From positions 1-60,375 of the IMG/VR virus record IMGVR_UViG_3300018036_002016: a stretch of DNA of 60,375 nt; one strand, given 5' to 3'. Made by a program: the position numbers and the translations under genes. Below the pieces are notes generated by a model. That model had not been told where the DNA came from, did no database searches, and was given only the letters and a program-made list of their open reading frames with translations. The DNA is from a virus. Its lineage: Duplodnaviria; Caudoviricetes. Positions 9,029 through 17,622 of this stretch are shown here, piece after piece (positions within the stretch are counted from its first letter, which is position 1; every line of letters starts with the position of its first letter).

Positions 9029-9696
9029 ATTTTTGGAATATTGAATTTAGGCGTAGAAAGTTTAGGTATTTTTGGAGAAGGACCTGAAGAAGATTTAGGG
9101 TGGGTTGGTGTAGGTCTTGTAGGATTTATTTCAGGTGGAGAAGGTCTAGATTGATCTAATGCTGGAACTTTTCCAACGCCTGGTTTTTTACTCTTTTTTA
9201 TTGAAGTATCAGTATCTCTATTATCAGTTTCTTTATTATCACCAACTTTATCAGATGAATCAGACATTGAAGATGAAATCTTCTTCATTGCCTGTCTTTC
9301 TAACCAACCTTGCTCACTATCACTACTCTGTCTATCTTTTTTATTTTCAGAAGTATTTACCTTTGCCGTTATATTCTTACCTGAAACCTCACCACTTGTT
9401 TCTGCACTAGTTTCAACGTCATTTGTATTTGGTGAACTTGGTGGCTGTGCAGATTTTATGGTTCCTAATTCTTTGTTAGACGCAGTGGAAGGATCTTGGT
9501 ATTCAGATTGTTTGGTTGTTTGATATTCTTTATTAAAACTATTAGTTTTATCTTCAGTTGAAGATGTTTTTGAATTAGTTCCAGTTGTAGTATCTGTTCC
9601 CATTGTACCCGATACTGATGGGTTTGTTGACCCAGCTCCGTTTATTTGGCTTAGTACGCTACTTGGCGCATTAAAATGTGCTTCTTCTCCTGGCAT
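9016..9696 (-). CDS. Low-complexity Ser/Thr/Pro/Lys-rich hypothetical protein
   Basis: ORF coupled to the tape-measure-like gene. Confidence 0.6.
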   Translation of the reverse strand: MPGEEAHFNAPSSVLSQINGAGSTNPSVSGTMGTDTTTGTNSKTSSTEDKTNSFNKEYQTTKQSEYQDPSTASNKELGTIKSAQPPSSPNTNDVETSAETSGEVSGKNITAKVNTSENKKDRQSSDSEQGWLERQAMKKISSSMSDSSDKVGDNKETDNRDTDTSIKKSKKPGVGKVPALDQSRPSPPEINPTRPTPTHPKSSSGPSPKIPKLSTPKFNIPKMKLR

Positions 9697-12524
9697 TATC
9701 CAAATAATCCACCGGATTTTTGATTTTTAATAATTCTTTGTAGATCTTCAATTGCCGATACGATTTCGTCGCTGTCAAAATTACCTACTGGAGATTGTCC
9801 GCTTGATGAACTTCCACCAACACCAACTAAATTCTTTAGTTTACCTGCAACTCCTTCAAGAGCGCCTGCTGTTTTTTGACCTGATTCTGTTTGAGCATCT
9901 ACGCTTCCTCCAAAATTCTTTATCATCTCAGATAGCTCACCGACTGCCTTAACTAAAGATTCTCCAAGTTTTGCCATTGCATTATCACCTCCAACTTCAT
10001 TAAGATATGCTAGCGCTTTTACCATTTCGGTAGTTTTATCTAAAATTTCAACGTTCATTCCAGATTGAGCAATTTTAATAGCATCATATCCTTTAGCAAC
10101 ATCATGAAGGAATTTAGGATACGCTGTAAAATATTCACTTACAGAAAAACCATTTTTTAATTGCATTCCCATATCTGTAAGAATTACAGAATCTACAATC
10201 TTATTAATCTTTTCAATATTTCCTAATGTTGCATATCCTATAACTCTACCTAATGATCCCGCAAGTAAATCCATTCCTTCGGAAAGTGTAATTATTCGAG
10301 GTCCCATTCTTACAAGATCTTCTAGAATATCCATCGGCCCTTTTGATTTTTCAGCTCCAAAGAATCCTGCAACTCCATCAAAAAATGCTTTACCAACATT
10401 TGCAACTGAAGATAATAATCCTCCCGCTGCTACTCCTGCTGTTGCTCCAGCAAGAGCCATAAGTGAAACTGAGATTGCAATAATTCCTACTGCCAAAGGT
10501 ATTAGGGTTTCAACCCCTAATTCGTTTTTTATTCTAACAAGAACATCAACAATCCCATTCATAGGTGCTAGAATTGCTTCGGTTAATCCCTTAGCAACAG
10601 ATGCTAGCTTACCTGCAGGAATATATGAGAAAATCCATGCAATTGCTAATATACCAGCTGCTATTATAATCATTCCAATTACACCAAGAGCGACGGCTGC
10701 TAAACCAGTTCCACCAGTTGCCATAATTATTGCTCCTATTATTCCTACTGGAATTGCAAATAGGATAATTGAAACCATTGCGCTTAATGACCAACCTATA
10801 TCAGGTGCTAAGTAGGTGCTTGGTAATATACTAAATATCCATGCAGTTGCGAGAATCGCGATTGCAACTGCAGCTACACCAATAACTCCAAATAAAATAT
10901 CTTTTATTGGAAGCTTTCCAACAGTATATGCTAGTGCTACAAATGCCGCTCCAAATACAACAAGAGCCAATCCTGTTTTAAGAGTCCATTCCCATGGCGG
11001 TGCGTTAAATGCAGATGGTAAATAGGTAAATACCCATGCTGCTGCAACTAATCCAATAGCAATTAGAGCTACTCCGGCGGTTGTAAACAATAAATTTTTA
11101 ATGTTAGTTCCTCTTAGTGATTTTGAAAGAATACCGAAAGCAAATGCCGCTGGGATCATTATGACTGCGATTGCAAGAGCTGTTAATAGTTGGACTGGTT
11201 GAACTGGCATAATTAACTGCATTATCATAGAACTTAATGTTAATGCAGCAGCAATACCTACCATTGATAATAATGTTACACCCATTGCTTGCCATATATT
11301 ACCTGGTCCGATTCCAGTTTTACCTCCTTTTAGATTTTTAAGAGCTTTAGATATTTTTACATATGCATATGCTGCAGGTATAAAAATTACAGATATTGCA
11401 AGTGCCGTTAATAATTGTATAGGATGTACTGGCATAATTAACTGCATTACCCATGAACTTATAGCAACCGCGGCTGTAAATCCAACAAGTGCTAATATTC
11501 CAGTACCCACTGTTTGCATTATTGAAGAAATTCCACCTCCTATGTTAATTGGATTTTTACTTTTAATCCTATTAATAGCAACCGCAACTTTTGCATATGC
11601 GTATGATAATCCAATAAATGCAAGAGATATACCTATTGCTGTCATTAATTGAGCTCCTGAAACTGGTAATATTAGTCTAAACAACCAAGATGAAGCTGTA
11701 ATTGCCGCTGACATTCCGATCATTGACATTAATACTCCACCTGCAAGTTGGAATATTCCACTTCCGTCTGTTTTCTGGAAAGGCATTCCCTGAATACCTG
11801 CTTTTGTAACTCCCTTCATTTTTAACAGAACTTTACTAATCTTACCAAATGCCATTGCCATTGGAACAAATGCAATCGCAATAGCAATTGCAGTCACTAA
11901 CTGAGCACCTGAAACTGGTAATATTAGTTTCATTAACCATGAAGTGGCAACTATTGCAGCGGACACGCCAAGCATCGAAATTAATGTACCTGCTGCAAGT
12001 TGGAATATTCCACTTCCGTCTGTTTTTTGAAGAGGTATACCTTCAATATTTGCCTTTGTCGTTCCTTTCATTCCTTGCAGAATACTTGCTATTTTAACAA
12101 AAGCGATGGCCATTGGAATAAATGCAACAGATATTGCAATTGCTGTCACAATCTGCATAGGACTTAGTGCAGGTATTAAAGAAAACATAAATGCAGTTGC
12201 AACAATCGCAGCACCTATACTTAACATTGCAAGCGCGGCTATACCGATTGTTCCTTTATCTAACTTTTTAAGACCATCAAAAGATCCCATTTTTTGATCA
12301 CCGTCTTTAGAGTCTTTAGATTTCTTTTCTCCATTCTTAAGAATTGCTCTAATGTCTTTAAGAATAACAGTCTGCTGCGAAAGTTCACTAACTTGTACTT
12401 CTGCATTTTTAAGATTTTGAACATTTAGTTCATACATAAGTTCTACCTTTTCTTCCACCTTTTCAGCTACCTTAGATAGCTTATTCATTGGAGATAGTAG
12501 TGTTAATAATTCTTTTCCGCCCAC
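9696..12524 (-). CDS. Tape-measure-like protein with repeated hydrophobic segments
   Basis: Lies after tube and chaperone genes; Ala/Ile-rich internal repeats (KTDGSGIFQLA twice). Confidence 0.6.
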   Translation of the reverse strand: MGGKELLTLLSPMNKLSKVAEKVEEKVELMYELNVQNLKNAEVQVSELSQQTVILKDIRAILKNGEKKSKDSKDGDQKMGSFDGLKKLDKGTIGIAALAMLSIGAAIVATAFMFSLIPALSPMQIVTAIAISVAFIPMAIAFVKIASILQGMKGTTKANIEGIPLQKTDGSGIFQLAAGTLISMLGVSAAIVATSWLMKLILPVSGAQLVTAIAIAIAFVPMAMAFGKISKVLLKMKGVTKAGIQGMPFQKTDGSGIFQLAGGVLMSMIGMSAAITASSWLFRLILPVSGAQLMTAIGISLAFIGLSYAYAKVAVAINRIKSKNPINIGGGISSIMQTVGTGILALVGFTAAVAISSWVMQLIMPVHPIQLLTALAISVIFIPAAYAYVKISKALKNLKGGKTGIGPGNIWQAMGVTLLSMVGIAAALTLSSMIMQLIMPVQPVQLLTALAIAVIMIPAAFAFGILSKSLRGTNIKNLLFTTAGVALIAIGLVAAAWVFTYLPSAFNAPPWEWTLKTGLALVVFGAAFVALAYTVGKLPIKDILFGVIGVAAVAIAILATAWIFSILPSTYLAPDIGWSLSAMVSIILFAIPVGIIGAIIMATGGTGLAAVALGVIGMIIIAAGILAIAWIFSYIPAGKLASVAKGLTEAILAPMNGIVDVLVRIKNELGVETLIPLAVGIIAISVSLMALAGATAGVAAGGLLSSVANVGKAFFDGVAGFFGAEKSKGPMDILEDLVRMGPRIITLSEGMDLLAGSLGRVIGYATLGNIEKINKIVDSVILTDMGMQLKNGFSVSEYFTAYPKFLHDVAKGYDAIKIAQSGMNVEILDKTTEMVKALAYLNEVGGDNAMAKLGESLVKAVGELSEMIKNFGGSVDAQTESGQKTAGALEGVAGKLKNLVGVGGSSSSGQSPVGNFDSDEIVSAIEDLQRIIKNQKSGGLFG

Positions 12525-12559
12525 TGGTAAAATTTATATTTGCAGATATACTCTAGTAT

Positions 12560-12567
12560 TATATATC
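12560..12567 (-). promoter_or_regulatory. Class 3 (putative late) promoter GATATATA
   Basis: RATATATA recurs shortly upstream of genes at 12560, 14674, 17601, 22714, 27970, 30312, 32287, 34311, 37087, 39298, 50388 and 58044. Confidence 0.6.
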
Positions 12568-12571
12568 AAGA

Positions 12572-12593
12572 AAAGGGAGATTACTCTCCCCTT
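12572..12593 (-). terminator. Intrinsic terminator
   Basis: AAAGGGAGA-GTAA-TCTCCCTTT followed by further T. Confidence 0.7.
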
Positions 12594-12595
12594 TC

Positions 12596-12844
12596 TTACA
12601 TTTTTGGCATGTTCATCTTAGGTACCTTTATATTAGGTACTTTCATATTACCCATTGCACTGTTTGTTTGTTCTTGTTGACCCTTCTGGGCTTCATTTTC
12701 CTTCTTAATAAATTCTGCAAGATCTTTAATGATATAATGGTATTCATAGTAATCCATTCTATCCAATTCACTTGGCTGAATATGTAGGTGTTTATAGATA
12801 TAAAACCTAATTTTAAAGAAGTTCTCCAGAGAGATCTTGAACAA
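12596..12844 (-). CDS. gp51-like / tail chaperone C-terminal extension (TTG start at 12844, or reached by +1 frameshift)
   Basis: SLENFFKIRFYIYKHLHIQPSELDRMDYYE pattern; overlaps the upstream gene in its +1 frame. Confidence 0.6.
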   Translation of the reverse strand: MFKISLENFFKIRFYIYKHLHIQPSELDRMDYYEYHYIIKDLAEFIKKENEAQKGQQEQTNSAMGNMKVPNIKVPKMNMPKM

Positions 12845-13796
12845 TGAAAAGAGATTTGATGCCGTCGCGAAAGTTAATAGGAATTGAGGCCTCCTCATCC
12901 TCAATAACAACATTCATTTCTGGTTTAATCCCTACTTTAATTTTTTCTGCAAGCTTGTATAACAATAAATATTTTTTGTTATCCCATCCATTCATTTCAA
13001 CTTCAAGTTCAAATAATCTCTTTTGATTAAATCTTCTCCAATCCGAAGCAACATATGGTGCTATTTGAATTAAAGATTGATCTATATTTTGATCGTTATC
13101 TCTTCTTTCTTTAATATACTTAGTAACCTCTTGCATTACACCAATTGATGGAGGTCTCATGAATATTTCTCCATAAGTTTTAGTTTTAACTAAATATCCT
13201 CTAAGTACTGGGTCGTAGTATTTTTCAACTTCTGCAGGAACTCTGAAGTAATCGAAGTAATCTCTCTTAATTTCAACCTCATACTTCTTACCACTTTTTC
13301 CACTGTAATCTACCTTTAAAGAATTTTCAGGCTCTGGGAATGTTAAATCTCTAATTGAAAGAATTAAAATAAATCTATCCTCTTCACAAAGATCTTTATA
13401 TGACATTCTAGTTGTTTTTGAAGAAATTTGAATACATGATTCAACAATTGCATTTAGTTTATCATCAACATCGAGTAAGTTTGTCTCATCGATTGTTGAA
13501 AAATGTCTAATTTCAGCAACTTTAGCCGCTCTAATTTTGATAGTAGCATCTTGTGGGTAAAATTTACCTTCAGATGGTAAACTTGCCGTTGGGAATTCAT
13601 GCCATCCTAAAACTAAATCAGGAGCGGCAGCACTATCTGGCTTAAATTTGTCCATGTTTACTTTACCGAGTCCCTGACGATCAATGACATCTTCCATTGC
13701 TTCAGTTTGATCGGTTGGTGTTGAAAATGCTTTCATTTCTCTAGCATCTAATTCTCTAGCGATTTCCTCGCTATTCTTGTTTACTTCTTCGCTCAT
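12813..13796 (-). CDS. gp26-like baseplate hub / tail assembly chaperone
   Basis: LPSEGKFY, IRAAKVAE, EDRFILILSIR and MRPPSIG; lies between tube and tape-measure-like genes. Confidence 0.6.
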   Translation of the reverse strand: MSEEVNKNSEEIARELDAREMKAFSTPTDQTEAMEDVIDRQGLGKVNMDKFKPDSAAAPDLVLGWHEFPTASLPSEGKFYPQDATIKIRAAKVAEIRHFSTIDETNLLDVDDKLNAIVESCIQISSKTTRMSYKDLCEEDRFILILSIRDLTFPEPENSLKVDYSGKSGKKYEVEIKRDYFDYFRVPAEVEKYYDPVLRGYLVKTKTYGEIFMRPPSIGVMQEVTKYIKERRDNDQNIDQSLIQIAPYVASDWRRFNQKRLFELEVEMNGWDNKKYLLLYKLAEKIKVGIKPEMNVVIEDEEASIPINFRDGIKSLFIVQDLSGELL

Positions 13797-14020
13797 TTTT
13801 TGCTAATTTTTCTAATTTGATCTTTAGTTATTGATTTCTGTTCTATTACATTAGAACTTAATTCCTTTTGTATAAGACTTCTTATAAAAGCACTCACCGA
13901 AACAGGTCTAGATTCAGTTTCTACAGCTTCCATTAATATTAATCTATTAACCTGATTGACTTCATCTTCTGTTAAAAGAACCTGAAGTTTTTTAGTTAAC
14001 TTATGATTTTTTATAGACAT
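13793..14020 (-). CDS. Small ribbon-helix-helix-like protein
   Basis: KKLQVLLTEDE...SVSAFIRSLI pattern. Confidence 0.45.
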   Translation of the reverse strand: MSIKNHKLTKKLQVLLTEDEVNQVNRLILMEAVETESRPVSVSAFIRSLIQKELSSNVIEQKSITKDQIRKISKK

Positions 14021-14058
14021 AATATATTGATATTTTAATATGTTTTCTGTGCAAAAAG

Positions 14059-14085
14059 AAGGGAAGGACCTGGGATCCTTCCCTT
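14059..14085 (-). terminator. Intrinsic terminator after the tail tube gene
   Basis: AAGGGAAGGA...TCCTTCCCTT followed by CTTTTT. Confidence 0.75.
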
Positions 14086-14096
14086 TTTTATTGTAA

Positions 14097-14654
14097 TTAA
14101 TTTAATTCTTCAGCATAAGTATCACATCTCCATGTGATTTCTAATGCTTCTGGTTCAGCGTTACTATAATCTAGTGTACCTGTAAACCCAACTGCCGAAG
14201 TAATAAAACAATCTTCAAGAGTTACTTTTCTAAAAATATCTCCAGATCTGTTAAATTGCACAACAACAATAGTTCCAACATAATCCTTTTTTAGACCCAT
14301 TTCACCGGTTTCTGGATTGTATTGTTTTCTATACCATTCTCTTAAAGTCTTATAAACGTATGCTTGATTAGAATCATTTAAGTTAAGTGAAAAGTTAACT
14401 GTAATGTCGTGAGCTGTTCCATCTGGCATACCAGCATAAGAACGTGTTGCAAACTTGTACTTTTGTTCAACTGCAGCAACTTCACGGTTTAGAGATTCTA
14501 AACCTCCAATTGAATTGATATGTTGTAGAAGTAAATCAGAACCTGCAACTCCGTCTGGTGGAAGTATACTTACTTCGAATAGATTCGCCTGTACTGGCTC
14601 AAAGTGTTTATTCTTTTTACTTGTTTGATCTTCTCTATAATGTGGTAAAGCCAT
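14097..14654 (-). CDS. Tail tube protein (gp19-like)
   Basis: NLFEV, REWY..QYNPETGE..KKDYVG, LDYS and ITWRCD; follows the sheath gene. Confidence 0.8.
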   Translation of the reverse strand: MALPHYREDQTSKKNKHFEPVQANLFEVSILPPDGVAGSDLLLQHINSIGGLESLNREVAAVEQKYKFATRSYAGMPDGTAHDITVNFSLNLNDSNQAYVYKTLREWYRKQYNPETGEMGLKKDYVGTIVVVQFNRSGDIFRKVTLEDCFITSAVGFTGTLDYSNAEPEALEITWRCDTYAEELN

Positions 14655-14687
14655 ATTCTTTGTTTCTTTATTTTATATATCCTTTGA

Positions 14688-17570
14688 TTATGCGAAATTA
14701 CCAGTTTGAATTTCTCCAGTGTTTAGTACTGTTACTCTAGAAACTAGAATTTCAAGACCTTTAACCGGTTCAACATATGTATCTAAAACTCCCATGTTAT
14801 TATCAATAACGTCATTGGTATTATTTGTAGAATCCATGATGTTTCTATAGTCATATACACCCTGATCTTTCTTAACTGATTCCATGAATGAGTCCGCAAG
14901 AGTTTTAATTTCTAATCTAGTCTGTGCAGTGTTGAACTCAAATAAGTAATTTCTTAAGATTTCAGCAAGACCGTCTTCGATATAAATTAGAACTTCTCTT
15001 ACGTGTGCTGAAGAAAGGGCAGATTGAATAGTTTGTTGCGATGTTTTGTTACCTTTAACAACAATACCAGCTCCTCTTTCGAATACCACTGGGTTAATTC
15101 CGAATGGCTCTAGGTTATCTCTATCATTTTTATCAAATGCATATTCAATTCCTTGAACTCCACTTCCAGAAACAACGCCGCGTCTTGGACCAGCAACAAT
15201 TGACCATGGAAGAGAATCAGAATACTTATCGATATAATTATTTGATACGTATGCTGCTGGTGGAATTACTCTTGTTCTTCCGTTTTCAACAACATTTAAT
15301 CCAGGTCCATAGAAAAATCCATAACTTGCACCATCGTTAATTGAAGGTAATGTATATAATGACTGTGGATTTAGGTTTAAGTTACCTCCAGTAGGAATAT
15401 AACTTGTTTTAAATTCTCCAGTATTCTCATCGATAAATGATGGATCGGTAGAAGCTTTAAACTCTTTTACCATAGGTGCATTTAGAATTGCAGATATGTT
15501 TTGTCTTTCTTTGGCAAGCATAGTAAATTGTCTCTTATTTAAAAGACCATTTGCTGGCTCGTAAGATCCAAAGGTATCTACTAAATATCTAAATGTTATT
15601 GCATCTTTATCCGCAAGCGTATTAGATACTCCATTTCCAGGAATTAGCATATTTAATAATTCACCAATAGTTTTTTCACTATTTTCAGAACCTTCAAGTA
15701 CGAATGCTCTGTACGCGTCTGATGCTGCATTAAAAGATCCTAATGCATATTCAGGCTGTGCAGGTACGTCTCTGTGGCAAATAAATGTATATGTGTATCT
15801 GTCATCAGATCCTCCATTTATTCCTAGTTCTGCCTTTCTTCTAATTTCTAGAACTCTTGCAAGTTTATCACTTCCTTGAATTGGAAGATACATTCCAACT
15901 TTAATATTATCTTTAATTGAAGTATCTTCTTGTGCTCCTGCTGCTACTGTGTAAGTGTACTTAAATTCTCCAGCAGTTGCTGCATTTTCAAAAGTCCATC
16001 CGTACCCAGTGTTAACTGTAGATGGGAAGAAGAATGTTCTTTCATTTACTCCAATTTGGAATACATCAAATAATAGTTGGTCTGCTTGATCGTAGCAAGT
16101 TAAAGTACCTGCTTGTGAATCTGCTAAATCTGCAGAAAATTGGCCATTTCCAACAGGAACAATAGTAACCAATCCATTACCATCATCAGTTACTGATAAG
16201 ATTTCGGTAAATTCACCATCATTTGAACTTTCTAAATATTTACCAGCTGCTAAATCTCCAGCTGCAAATGCTCCAGTATATGTTAGATTTAAGTTTACTC
16301 CAGCAAAACCAGCCTGTGAGTAAGATGCATCGTTTGCCTCAGCATCAAATTTTTCATATTTTGATTTGCTAATATTCTCTTCGCAAATAACAGTAGCAAG
16401 TCCTGCTCCATCATGTGTTGCTGATAAGATTTGAGAATATTCTCCGGCAACGTCAGAATATAAGAAATTACCAGCTACTAATCCATTTTGCTGTATTGTT
16501 GCAAAATCACCAGAGCCTACTTGAATAGACATTGTATCTCCAGCAACTTCAATAATATTTTCAAATGCACCGTCTCTTGGGTCATTTAATTGTTGAGGCT
16601 GTTGCTGTACTAGGTAGTGTGAAAGTAGTTCGTAATCTTGGTAAATATCGAATGCTTCACCTACAAAATCAATTCTATCAAGAGCATCTTCATTAACTGC
16701 TGCAAAAAGACCAGTTCTTCTTGATTCAGAATTAATAAGTGTTTCAATATAGTACTGTCTTCCTTCATTATCTTGGAAATCAGGAATTAAAGAACCAGTG
16801 TATTTAGCAAGTAAAGAAACTTCTCTTAGGTTTGCAAATGCTCCGAATTGAGAAGGAATAATACCATTTGAATTAAAGTAGTTTCCAAACGTTGGATCGT
16901 TGTTTAATTCATCAGTTACAAATCTACCTTTAAATACATAAACATCTACCATGTAGTCTGAGATGTAGTCTAGGTCGTCAACTCCTTCTGGAGAATTTCC
17001 TTCGCCATACCATTCTCTTGCAGTTACATCAAATCCTCTGGTATCTCCAGCTTGAGTAACTACTACTGTAATAGGTTCTTGTTTAATATTTGTAAATGTG
17101 ATTGCGTTATTAGATTGAGAAGATGTGTTTCCTGCAATATTTAGCAATTTTTCATCTTCTGGAATCCAAAACTTATCTCTGTTAAAAATATCTTTGTATA
17201 GAGTATCTCCATCAATTGCTCCGTTTCCTTGTTCGGAACCGTTTGTTGTTGGAGAAACCCAGTAAGATTTATCAGTATCGTTAGCAGAAGTTAGGTTTAG
17301 TGCTATAATTGGACCTCTAGATAGAGTTTCAATTGCAGATCTGTGAAAATACATTCCCTTTCTTTCCAAATTCTTATCAATTGATCCGAAAATTTGGATA
17401 AAAGTCTCAGTATCTTCAACAAATACTGGCGTGTTGTATGGTCCTTTCTTAGAGTGACCTACTACAAGCCTAATAGTCTCTGCTGGGATATTGACAGTTT
17501 GTGATTTGTCAAATTCAAGACGGTAGACACCTGAACTCTTGAATTGTTGTAGTTGAGGACTTAATGCCAT
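14688..17570 (-). CDS. Tail sheath protein (gp18-like) with a large central insertion
   Basis: SSGVYRLEFD, GHSKKGP, WSIVAGPRRG, RDNLEPFGINP, GNKT and FEFNTAQTR. Confidence 0.92.
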   Translation of the reverse strand: MALSPQLQQFKSSGVYRLEFDKSQTVNIPAETIRLVVGHSKKGPYNTPVFVEDTETFIQIFGSIDKNLERKGMYFHRSAIETLSRGPIIALNLTSANDTDKSYWVSPTTNGSEQGNGAIDGDTLYKDIFNRDKFWIPEDEKLLNIAGNTSSQSNNAITFTNIKQEPITVVVTQAGDTRGFDVTAREWYGEGNSPEGVDDLDYISDYMVDVYVFKGRFVTDELNNDPTFGNYFNSNGIIPSQFGAFANLREVSLLAKYTGSLIPDFQDNEGRQYYIETLINSESRRTGLFAAVNEDALDRIDFVGEAFDIYQDYELLSHYLVQQQPQQLNDPRDGAFENIIEVAGDTMSIQVGSGDFATIQQNGLVAGNFLYSDVAGEYSQILSATHDGAGLATVICEENISKSKYEKFDAEANDASYSQAGFAGVNLNLTYTGAFAAGDLAAGKYLESSNDGEFTEILSVTDDGNGLVTIVPVGNGQFSADLADSQAGTLTCYDQADQLLFDVFQIGVNERTFFFPSTVNTGYGWTFENAATAGEFKYTYTVAAGAQEDTSIKDNIKVGMYLPIQGSDKLARVLEIRRKAELGINGGSDDRYTYTFICHRDVPAQPEYALGSFNAASDAYRAFVLEGSENSEKTIGELLNMLIPGNGVSNTLADKDAITFRYLVDTFGSYEPANGLLNKRQFTMLAKERQNISAILNAPMVKEFKASTDPSFIDENTGEFKTSYIPTGGNLNLNPQSLYTLPSINDGASYGFFYGPGLNVVENGRTRVIPPAAYVSNNYIDKYSDSLPWSIVAGPRRGVVSGSGVQGIEYAFDKNDRDNLEPFGINPVVFERGAGIVVKGNKTSQQTIQSALSSAHVREVLIYIEDGLAEILRNYLFEFNTAQTRLEIKTLADSFMESVKKDQGVYDYRNIMDSTNNTNDVIDNNMGVLDTYVEPVKGLEILVSRVTVLNTGEIQTGNFA

Positions 17571-17622
17571 AGTTTTTCTTTTTTATTTTTTTTTCTATAG
17601 TATATATCTTAAAAATCTGATT

